The position numbers were made by a program, and so were the translations under genes. From Eledone cirrhosa (Eukaryota): a stretch of 64,000 nt of DNA. Shown here one piece after another: positions 11,161 to 23,000 of this stretch; the stretch's first letter is position 1, and the number at the start of each line of letters is the position of its first letter. The stretch is taken from positions 301,072,001 through 301,136,000 of the forward strand of contig OZ024741.1 of the NCBI GenBank assembly GCA_964016885.1, given 5' to 3'. The notes under the pieces were generated by a model, which worked only from the letters and a program-made list of their open reading frames with translations, searched no databases and was not told where the DNA came from.

Positions 11161-14100
11161 ATTCCTTGAATCTCAGTCATTGATGTTGGTTAACTGGAAA
11201 GTCCGTTGGAATGAATATCAAGCCACTACCTGCAGCCTCAGATATTCAGGACGTATCGGAGGGTTCTTGCTGTTCCAAGCAAGCATGCCTTTTGAAGCGT
11301 TCCAAAAAGCGTGACGGGGCCGATTTTCTTTAACCATCCCTGGAAACTTTTGGAGATAGTCCCCAGTGCGCCTATGACAATCGGGATCACTTTGACTTCA
11401 TGGCAGTTCCAAATCCTTTTCACCTCCCACTTTAGGTCCTGGTATCGGTTAATTTTATCCCTCTCCTTCTCTTGCACTCTCGTATCGAATGGGCAGGCCA
11501 CATCCACAATCAGACACGATCTTTTTTCTTTGTCCACAACCACCAGGTCAGGTCTATTGTGTTCCAGTTTCTTGTCCGTCTGTATCCTAAAATCCCACAG
11601 CACCTTCACCTAATCGTTCTCCGTCACCGCCTCTGGCCTATGCTCATACCATTTCTCAGAATGTGGTAAATTGTCCACTTTGCACAGGTGCCAGTGGATC
11701 ACCCTGCCCATCACATCATGTCTCCAGCCCTTATAGTGGGTCTGGGCTAGGTGTTTACACTCGGATACAATGTGAGCCACAGTCTCCTCTCTCTCTCTCC
11801 ACAGATCCTGCACAGTGGGCTAGCCTCCTCCTTGTAAATATGGTGCTTCAACCACTTCGTTTTGAGGGCCTGCTCCTGCGCAGCCATTAGCATTCCTTCT
11901 GTAGCCTTTTTGAGGTGTCCTCTTCTCAACCAGTTCCATGTCTGTGGATCTCTAAATTCAGTTTTCTCAAAGAAGGTACTATGAAGGGATTTTCCATTAA
12001 GGCTGCTCTTCTTCCTTGATGTTATTTCCTCCTTGGACATCCCCTGGCCTACTGTCCCCTCCTTCAGTACAGTTCTGAGCATTGGCTCCTTACTATATGT
12101 CACGTATTTGTACAGGTTGTTTTTCTCCATCTGAACACAGTCCTCTATGCTGATAAGACCTCTTCCACCCTCAGATCTCCTTAGGTAGAGTCTATCGACA
12201 TCACTCCTCTTGTGGAACATGTTGTAGATAGTCAATAGCTTCCTAGTCTTCCTATCCATTTCTTTTTGTTCAGCAACATTCCATCTCAGAATTCCCGCAC
12301 TGTACCTAATAATAGACACAGCTCGGGAATTTACTGCGCTTATGGCATTTCTGCTGTTCAGATGTGACTTCAATACGCTCCTTACTCTCCGAATGTATTC
12401 AGTTCTTAACAATTCCTTCATTTTTTTGTTCTTTATGCCATCAGCCTCCAGAACGCCCAAATACTTGTATCCTTCCTCAGAGTCAATTTCCTTTATCATC
12501 TCACCTGTTGGTATCTGGATCCCGTTACTTCTGCTCAACCTACCCCTCCTTATCACAATGACTCCACATTTACTAATACCAAACTGCATACATATATCAC
12601 TGCTGAAAATACGAACAGTGTCAACAAGCACATCCAACTCCTTCTCACTTTTCCCGAAGAGCTTAAGATCGTCCATGAAGAGGAGGTGATTGATGGTAAG
12701 CTCTCCCTTTCCCAACTTGTATCCTGCTCTCACTTTTCGCAGCATAATGGTCAAGGGCATCAGGGCAAGGACAAACAACAGAGGGGACAGGCTATCTCCC
12801 TGGAAGATACCTCTCTTGATCTTCACGCTTCCCAAGGATACTCCAGTTGATGTCAACTCCCAGGACCCCATACTCCTGCCCAGCAACTGTCTGATGTTAT
12901 CTGCCACCCTGAAGATCTCCAGGCTTTTGGTGATCCAAGAATGAGGCACCATGTCAAATGCCTTTCTGTAGTCTATCCATCCCATGGCAAGATCAGTGTG
13001 TCTCCTCCTGCAATTCCCCATTACCATCTTATCAATAAGTAACTGGTCCTTTGTACCACGTGACTTCTTTCGGCATCCTTTCTGTTTGTCCGGTAACAAG
13101 TTGTTTGTGTGGAGGTGATGGTAGATTTCCTCAGACACAATGCTCGTCAACAGTTTCCACATTACGGACAGACATGTGATAGGTCTATAGTTGGTAACAT
13201 CATTACCGTTGATTCGGTCTTTCATTATCAGAACTGTGGTACCTTTTGTCAACCACTCTGGCACCTCACCCGACACCAAGCAGTCATTGAACATGGCCGT
13301 CAGCTTCGGGTGGAGGGATGTTAAATTTTTAATCCAATACCCCTGCACACCATCTGGGCCTGGTGATTTCCAGTTGGTTAGTTTTTTGGCCTGCCCCTTA
13401 AGAGTTTCAACTGTGATACTCAAATCAGTTTGTTGTTGTGCCTGCTCACCGATCTCCCTCTGTACTGTCTCAATCCACCCTGCCTGGGCATTGTGTCTAA
13501 CATCCTGCTCCCATATTCCTCTCCAGAATGTTTTAGTTTGCTCCGCCCCAGGGATCAAGTCGTTGCCTCTTTCTTTCCCCTCAAGCTGTCCAAACAGCAT
13601 CTTCTGGTTGTCGTCGAACATGGGGTTCTGTTTATACTGACTGACTCTGTTCTCGTATCGCCTGATTTTTGCACTCTTTGCTACAATGCGTTGCTTCAGT
13701 TCCTCTATGATAATATTTAGCTTTTTCCTCCTAGTTTTGTATTTTATTTCCAGTCTATTTTTAGTGCCTATGTTTTTTAGTGTCCCATTCAGTAGTGACT
13801 CAAGCTTTCCTATGTCATTTCTCATTTCCCCGATTTGCCCACTCAGTCGCTTCTTCCACCACGGCTCTGCTCTTTCTTGTCTGTTGTTTCCTCTCGCTTT
13901 TATACCAAGTAGTTTCCTCACCGTATTTGCTGTTGCTTTGAGGATATTGTTGCACTGGTGAAGGCTCCTCGCCTCAAGGTATGGGATGACTTTGTTTACC
14001 TTAGCTGTTGTTTCTTTTAACTTTTTCCTGTCTACAAATCTTAGGTTCATAGGTCTCCCACTATCATTGTTCAATTCATCTACCACTAAATTTAGGATGT

Positions 14101-14848
14101 CAACCGAATCTTGTCCTATCCCGTCAGCATTCATCGCCTCAGAGGCCGTATCTCTGTTCCAGGTATTAATTATCTCAGTATTCAGATCATTGTCTGCTTC
14201 GGGTGGTTCCTCCGTTCTCAGGACCTATTCACCTTCATTTCCCACTGGCTCGCTTGTCTGGCAAACTACACCCGCCATCTCCAAGCCATTCTCTCTGCTC
14301 AGTTCCTCCAGTTCCAGCTCGCTTATCCACCCATTAGATCTTATTACCCGAGCCTGCCCGGCCACATTTTGTTCATCTAATTTAAATAGACCAATCTCGT
14401 TTCAGATGTTATGCATCCGTCTCCTGTAGCCCCTCTCCTTGGGGTTACATTTCAGGTAACATTGCATAACAGTTCTATTCAATTCTTTCGTCCAGTTGGT
14501 TCTGGCCCCTTTCCTTCTTCTTCTTCCTCAAACATCAGCAGTATTTGGTTGACAGTCAGGTTCCTGCTGCTGAGCCAGGGGGCACCTGTTGGGTGAGTGT
14601 CTGTCACATGACGTTCTAGTCTCCATTTCACCGTTATTCGAACTGTTTATGTTCGATATTTAAACACTCTTATCGAGGATTGGCGAATGTATGGTTACAT
14701 AGCCATCTGTGGATTCGCCGTTCCACTTGGCCCTTGTGTGGCATTATCACCACGTTGTATACGAACACACATAAACAAACAAACACACAGGCAGAAAGGG
14801 CCCCAAAAATGAATAAGCATAAGTTTCATTGTAATGTAGTGTTCGAAT
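11161..14848 (-). mobile_element. R4/Dong-like family A copy 1 (5' UTR truncated, ORF 14626-11238 disrupted)
   Basis: Near-identical to the intact copy at 21165-24557, but with stops and frameshifts. Flanked by short (TTA)n. Confidence 0.95.
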
Positions 14849-14870
14849 TATTATTATTATTGTTGTTGTT

Positions 14871-17800
14871 ATTCCTTGAATCTCAGTCATTGATGTTGGT
14901 TAACTGGAAAGTCCGTTGGATTGAATATCAAGCCACTACCTGCAGCCTCAGATATTCAGGACGTATCGGAGGGTTCTTGCTGTTCCAAGCAAGCATGCCT
15001 TTTGAAGCGTTCCAAAAAGCGTGAAGGGGCCGATTTTCTTTAACCATCCCTGGAAACTTTTGGAGATAGTCCCCAGTGCGCCTATGACAATCGGGATCAC
15101 TTTGACTTCATGGCAGTTCCAAATCCTTTTCACCTCCCACTTTAGGTCCTGGTATCGGCTAATTTTCTCCCTCTCCTTCCCTTGCACTCTCGTGTCGAAC
15201 GGGCAGGCCACATCCACAATCAGACACGTTCTTTTTTCTTTGTCCACAACCACCAGGTCAGGTCTATTGTGTTCCAGTTTTTTGTCCGTCTGTATCCTAA
15301 AATCCCACAGCACCTTCACCTGATTGTTCTCCATCACCGCCTCTGGCCTATGCTCATACCATTTCTCAGAATGTGGTAAATTGTTTACTTTGCACAGGTG
15401 CCAGTGGATCACCCTGCCCATCACATCGTGTCTCCAGCCCTTATAGTGGGTCTGGGCTAGGTGTTTACACTCGGACACAATGTGAGCCACAGTCTCCTCT
15501 CTCTCTCCACAGATCCTGCACAGTGGGCTAGCCTCCTCCTTGTAGATATGGTGCTTCAACCACTTCGTTTTGAGGGCCTGCTCCTGCGCAGCCATTAGCA
15601 TTCCTTCTGTAGCCTTTTTGAGGTCTCCTCTTCTCAACCAGTTCCATGTCTGTGGATCTCTAAATTCAGTTTTCTCAAAGAAGGTACTATGAAGGGATTT
15701 TCCCTTAAGGCTGCTCTTCCTCCTTGATGTTATTTCCTCCTTGGACATCCCCTGGCCTACTGTCCCCTCCTTCAGTACAGTTCTGAGCATTGGCTCCTTA
15801 CTATAGGTCACGTATTTGTATAGGTTGTTTTTCTCCATCTGAACACAGTCCTCTATGCTGATAAGACCTCTTCCACCCTCAGATCTCCTTAGGTAGAGTC
15901 TATCGACATCACTCCTCTTGTGGAACATGTTGTAGATATTCAATAGCTTCCTAGTCTTCCTATCCATTTCTTTTTGTTCAGCAACATTCCATCTCAGAAT
16001 TCCCGCACTGTACCTAATAATAGACACAGCTCGGGAATTTACTGCGCTTATGGCATTTCTGCTGTTCAGATGTGACTTCAATACGCTCCTTACTCTCCGA
16101 ATGTATTCAGTTCTTAACAATTCCTTCATTTTTTTGTTCTTTATGCCATCAGCCTCCAGAACGCCCAAATACTTGTATCCTTCCTCAGAGTCAATTTCCT
16201 TTATCATCTCACCTGTTGGTATCTGGATCCCGTTACTTCTGCTCAACCTACCCCTCTTCATCACAATGACTCCACATTTACCAATACCAAACTGCATATA
16301 TATATCACTGCTGAAAATACGGACAGTGTCAACAAGCACATCCAACTCCTTCTCACTTTTCCCGAAGAGCTTAAGATCGTCCATGAAGAGGAGGTGATTG
16401 ATGGTAAGCTCTCCCCTTCCCAACTTGTATCCTGCTCTCACTTTTCGCAGCATAATGGTCAAGGGCATCAGGGCAAGGACAAACAACAGAGGGGACAGGC
16501 TATCTCCCTGGAAGATACCTCTCTTGATCTTCACGCTTCCCAAGGATACTCCAGTTGATGTCAACTCTGTCTCTCAAAACCCCATACTCCTGCCTAGCAA
16601 CTGTCTGATGTTATCTGCCACCCTGAAGATCTCCAGGCTTTTGGTGATCCAGGAATGAGGCACCATGTCAAATGCCTTTCTGTAGTCTATCCATCCCATG
16701 GCAAGATCAGTGTGTCTCCTCCTGCAATTCCCCATTACCATCTTATCAATAAGTAACTGGTCCTTTGTACCACGTGACTTCTTTCGGCATCCTTTCTGTT
16801 CGTCCGGTAACAAGTTGTTTGTGTGGAGTTGATGGTAGATTTCCTCAGACACAATGCTCGTCAACAGTTTCCACATTACGGACAGACATGTGATAGGTCT
16901 ATATTTGGTAACATCATTACCCTTGATTCGGTCTTTCATTATCAGAACTGTGGTACCTTTTGTCAACCACTCTGGCACCTCACCCGACACCAAGCAGTCA
17001 TTGAACATGGCCGTCAGTTTCGGGTGGAGGGATGTTAAATGTTTAATCCAATACCCCTGCACACCATCTGGGCCTGGTGATTTCCAGTTGGTTAGTTTTT
17101 TGGCCTGCCCCTTAAGAGTTTCAACTGTGATACTCAAATCAGTTTGTTGTTGTGCCTGCTCACCGATCTCCCTCTGTACTGTCTCAATCCACCCTGCCTG
17201 GGCATTGTGTCTAACATCCTGCTCCCATATTCCTCTCCAGAATGTTTTAGTTTGCTCCGCCCCAGGGATCAAGTCGTTGCCTCTTTCTTTCCCCTCAAGC
17301 TGTCCAAACAGCATCTTCTGGTTGTCGTCGAACATGGGGTTCTGTTTATACTGACTGACTCTTTTCTCGTATCGCCTGATTTTTGCACTCTTTGCTACAA
17401 TGCGTTGCTTCAGTTCCTCTATGATAATATTTAGCTTTTTCCTCCTAGTTTTGTATTTTATTTCCAGTCTATTTTTAGTGCCTATGTTTTTTAGTGTCCC
17501 ATTCAGTAGTGACTCAAGCTTTCCTATGTCATTTCTCATTTCCCCGATTTGCTCACTCAGTCGCTTCTTCCACCACGGCTCTGCTCTTTCTTGTCTGTTG
17601 TTTCCTCTCGCTTTTATACCAAGTAGTTTCCTCACCGTATTTGCTGTTGCTTTGAGGATATTGTTGCACTGGTGAAGGCTCCTCGCCTCAAGGTATGGGA
17701 TGACTTTGTTTACCTTAGCTGTTGTTTCTTTTAACTTTTTCCTGTCTACAAATCTTAGGTTCATAGGTCTCCCACTATCATTGTTCAATTCATCTACCAC

Positions 17801-19390
17801 TATATTTAGGATGTCAACCGAATCTTGTCCTAGCCCGTCAGCATTCATCTCCTCAGTGGCCGTATCTCTGTTCCAGGTATTATTTATCTCAGTATTCAGA
17901 TCATTGTCTGCTTCGGGTGGTTCCTCCGTTCTCAGGACCTCTTCACCTTCATTTCCCACTGGCTCGCTTGTCTGGCATACTACACCCGCCATCTCCAAGC
18001 CATTCTCTCTGCTCAGTTCCTCCAGTTCCAGCTCGCTTATCCACCCATTAGTTCTTATTACCCGAGCCTGCCCGGCCAATTTTTGTTCATCTAATTTAAA
18101 TAAACCAATCTCGTTCCAGATGTTATGCATCCGTCTCCTGTAGCCCCTCTCCTTGGGGTTACTTTTCAGGTAGCATTGCATAACAGTTCTATTCAATTCT
18201 TTCGTCCAGTTGGTTCTGGCCCCTTTCCTTCTTCTTCTTCCTCCAACATCAGCAGTATTTGGTTGACAGTCAGGTTCTTGCTGCTGAGCCAGGGGGCACC
18301 TGTTGGGTGAGTGTCTGTCACATGACGTTCTAGTCTCCATTTCACCGTTATTCGAACTGTTTATGTTCGATATTTAAACACTCTTATCGAGGATTGGCGA
18401 ATGTATGGTTACATATCCATCTGTGGATCCGCCATTCCACTTGGCCCTTGTGTGGCATTATCACCACGCTGTATACGAACACACATAAACAAACAAACAC
18501 ACAGGCAGAAAGGGCCCCAAAAATGAATAAGCATAAGTTTCATCGTAATGTAGTGTTCGAATGTCTGACTTAGTTTTTGTTTTTTATGTTTTAGTTTTTC
18601 CCCCCTCTTCTCTGTCCGTCCGCCTGCTTCTCTCTTCATTCTTATTTTCTTTACGTTTTTTGGGTTTTTTGTTTTTTTTTGTTTTTGTTTTTCTTTGTTT
18701 GTTTTTCTCGTTTTTTGCTGTTGTTGCTGTGCTGCTTTGGTTTTGTTGTTTGTTTTTTTCTTTTTTCTTTTGAGTCTATCTATATATTTTGATGTCTTCC
18801 TCTTTTTTAGCAGTAGGGATTCTATAATGTGGTGGCAGCAGCCAGCTAAAGAAGTGGGAGACTGGCGGCGGTAGCGATACTGAGACAGTGGTGGTGGTGA
18901 TGTCGATACCGAGGCAGTGGTGGCGGTGATGTGACCGTATTACTGTAGTGATGGTGCTGTAGCGGTGGCAGCAGTGAAGGAGTGAAGGGGTGGTGGCGGC
19001 GGTGATGGGATAATGGTTGTAATGATGGCCGTAGTGAGCGGTGGTGGTTTAGTGTACACAGGTGATGAGGTGGGTGGTGTATCTAGTTTCTGGTGTTGTT
19101 GGGTTTGGCTGTTCTATATAGTGTAGACAGAGGAGGAGGGGGGGGGTTTCTTCTTCCATTTATAGCCATTTTCTTTTTTGGATATACAGTGTACAATACA
19201 AAGTTGAATATTTGAATATTTGAGCCTTATAGCAATATGTTTGGGGTCCGAATTTTTTGGGGCTCAAGCCGGGTGCTTTACGTAGCATTTGTACTAAGAG
19301 TTGTTATTTCACAAATGATTTAAATATGTTAAAAATTCAAAACTTACGGGAGCGATTTCATGACCTCCGTCACCTCGTGCGTCTTCTTCC
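14871..19390 (-). mobile_element. R4/Dong-like family A copy 2 (full length, single frameshift near 16575)
   Basis: ORFs 18340-16574 and 16564-14948 together reproduce the 1130-aa protein. The 5' end ggaagaagacgcac abuts (TTA)n at 19391. Confidence 0.95.

Positions 19391-19463
<73 letters not shown>
19391..19463. repeat. (TTA)n microsatellite
   Basis: Direct reading. Confidence 0.98.
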
Positions 19464-19465
<2 letters not shown>

Positions 19466-20028
19466 TTTGAATCTCAGTCATTGATGTTATTTAACTGGAA
19501 AGTTTGTTGAAATGAATCTCAAGCCGCTACATGCAGCCTCAGATATTCAGGACGTATCAGAGGATTCTTGCTGTTCCCAGCAAGCGTTCTAAAAAGAGGG
19601 GCTGGACTAATTTTCTTTAACCATCCTTGGAAACTCTTTGAGATAGTACCTAGTGCGCCTATGACTCTGACTTCATGGCAGTTCCAAATCCTTTTTACCT
19701 CCCACTTTAAGTCCTGGTATCGGTTAATTTTCTTCCCCTCCTTTTCTTGCACACGGGGAGTGGGGAGAAAATTAATCAATACCAGGACTTAAAGTGGGAG
19801 GTAAAAAGGATTTGGAACTGCCATGAAGTCAGAGTCATAGGCGCACTAGGTACTATATCAAAGAGTTTCCAAGGACGGTTAAAAAAATTAGTCCAGCCCC
19901 GCTTTTTGGAACGCTTGCTGGGAACAGCAAGAATCCTCTGATACGTCCTGAATATCTGAGGCTGCATGTAGCGGCTTGATATTCATTTCAAAAACTTTCC
20001 AGTTAAATAACATTAATGACTGAGATTC

Positions 20029-20030
<2 letters not shown>
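19464..20030. repeat. Inverted pair of Dong-A 3'-end fragments (fold-back centred near 19755)
   Basis: 19464-19755 (minus) and about 19757-20030 (plus) are reverse complements. Both share the deletion EVKVIPIVIG>EVRVIG. Confidence 0.92.
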
Positions 20031-20084
<54 letters not shown>

Positions 20085-23000
20085 GGGAAGAAGACGCACG
20101 AGGTGACGGAGGTCATGAAATCGCTCCCGTAAGTTTTGAATTTTTAACATAATTAAATCATTTGTGAAATAACAACTCTTAGTACAAATGCTACGTAAAG
20201 CACCCGGCTTGAGCCCCAACAAATTCGGACCCAAAATATATTGTTATAAGGCTCAAATATTCAAATATTCAACTTTGTATTGTACACTATATATCCAAAA
20301 AAAAAAATGGCTATAAATGGAAGAAGAAGAAGAACCCCCCCCCCCTCCTCTCCTCCGGCTACACTATATAGGACAGCTAAACTCACCAACACCAGAGACT
20401 AGATACACCACCCACCCCATCATCTGTGTACACTAAACACAACAGCATTTTCACCTTCACCGCCACCGCTCACTACGGCCATCATTACCACCACTATCCC
20501 ATCACCGCCGCCACCACCCCTTGACTCCTTCACTGCTGCTGCCACCGCTACAGCACCATCACTACAGTAATACGGTCGCATCACCGCCACCACTGCCTCG
20601 GTATCGACATCACCACCACCACTGTCTCAGTATCGCCAACGCTGCCAGTCTCCAACTTCTCCATGCTGGCTGCCACTTCCACATTATAGAATTCCTACTA
20701 CTAACAAAGAGGAAGGCATCAAAATATATAGATAGACTCAAAAGAAAAAAGAAAAAACAAACAACAAAACCAAAGCAGCACAGCAATAACAGCAAAAAAC
20801 GAGAAAAACAAACAGGGAAAAACAAAAACAAAAAAAGACACCCCAAAAACGTAAAGAAAATAAGAATGAAGAGAGAAGCAGGCGGACGGACAGAGAAGAG
20901 GGGGGAAAAAGTAAAACTTAAAAAACAAAAACTAAGTCAGACATTCGAATACTACATTACAATGAAACTTATGCTTATTCATTTTTGGGGCCCTTTCTGC
21001 CCGTGTGTTTGTTTGTTTATGTGTGTTCGTATACAGCGTGGTGATAATGCCACACAAGGGCCAAGTGGGATGGCGGATCCACAGATGGCTATGTAAACAT
21101 ACATTCGCCAATCCTCGATAAGAGTGTTTAAATATCGAACATAAACAGTTCGAATAACGGTGAAATGGAGACTAGAACGTCATGTGACAGACTCTCACCC
21201 AACAGGTGCCCCCTGGCTCAGCAGCAGGAACCTGACTGTCAACCAAATACTGCTGATGTTGGAGGAAGAAGAAGAAGGAAAGGGGCCAGAACCAACTGGA
21301 CGAAAGAATTGAATAGAACTGTTATGCAATGCTACCTGAAAAGTAACCCCAAGGAGAGGGGCTACAGGAGACGGATGCATAACATCTGGAACGAGATTGG
21401 TTTATTTAAATTAGATGAACAAAAATTGGCCGGGCAGGCTCGGGTAATAAGAACTAATGGGTGGATAAGCGAGCTGGAACTGGAGGAACTGAGCAGAGAG
21501 AATAGCTTGGAGATGGCGGGTGTAGTATGCCAGACAAGCGAGCCGGCGGGAAATGAAGGTGAGGAGGTCCTGAGAACGGAGGAACCACCCGAAGCAGACA
21601 ATGATCTGAATACTGAGATAAATAATACCTGGAACAGAGATACGGCCACTGAGGAGATGAATGCTGACGGGCTAGGACAAGATTCGGTTGACATCCTAAA
21701 TTTAGTGGTAGATGAGTTGAACAATGATAGTGGGAGACCTATGAACCTAAGATTTGTAGACAGGAAAAAGTTAAAGGAAACAACAGCTAAGGTAAACAAA
21801 GTCATCCCATACCTTGAGGCGAGGAGTCTTCGCCAGTGCAACAATATCCTCAAAGCAACAGCAAATACGGTGAGGAAACTACTTGGTATAAAAGCGAGAG
21901 GAAACAACAGACAAGAAAGAGCAGAGCCGTGGTGGAAGAAGCGACTGAGTGGGCAAATCGGGGAAATGAGAAATGACATAGGAAAGCTTGAGTCACTACT
22001 GAATGGGACACTAAAAAACATAGGCACTAAAAATAGACTGGAAATAAAATACAAAACTAGGAGTAAAAAGCTAAATATTATCATAGAGGAATTGAAGCAA
22101 CGCATTGTAGCAAAGAGTGCCAAAATCAGGCGATACGAGAACAGAGTCAGTCAGTATAAACAGAACCGCATGTTCGACAACAACCAGAAGATGCTGTTTG
22201 GACAGCTTGAGGGGAAAGAAAGAGGCAACGACTTGATCCCTGGGGCGGAACAAGCTAAAACATTCTGGAGAGGAATATGGGAGCAGGATGTTAGACACAA
22301 TGCCCAGGCAGGGTGGATTGAGACAGTACAGAGGGAGATCGGTGAGCAGGCACAACAACAGACTGATTTGAGTATCACAGTTGAAACTCTTAAGGGGCAA
22401 GCCAAAAAACTAACCAACTGGAAATCACCAGGCCCAGATGGTGTGCAGGGGTATTGGATTAAACATTTAACATCCCTCCACCCGAAGCTGACGGCCATGT
22501 TCAATGACTGCTTGGTGTCGGGTGAGGTGCCAGAGTGGTTGACAAAAGGTACCACAGTTCTGATAATGAAAGACCGAATCAAGGGTAATGATGTTACCAA
22601 CTATAGACCTATCACATGTCTGCCCGTAATGTGGAAACTGTTGACGAGCATTGTGTCTGAGGAAATCTACCATCACCTCCACACAAACAACTCGTTACCG
22701 GACGAACAGAAAGGATGCCGAAAGAAGTCACGTGGTACAAAGGACCAGTTGCTTATTGATAAGATGGTAATGGGGAATTGCAGGAGGAGACACACTGATC
22801 TTGCCATGGGATGGATAGACTACAGAAAGGCATTTGACATGGTGCCTCATTCCTGGATCACCAAAAGCCTGGAGATCTTCAGGGTGGCAGATAACATCAG
22901 ACAGTTGCTGGGCAGGAGTATGGGGTCCTGGGAGACAGAGTTGATATCAACTGGAGTATCCTTGGGAAGCGTGAAGATCAAGAGAGGTATCTTCCAGGGA

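Noticed and set aside
20521-21096. 191-aa ORF upstream of the Dong-A ORF
   Set aside because: Low-complexity CCA- and A-rich 5' UTR, no true ATG start, and the frame is not kept in copies A2 and A4.
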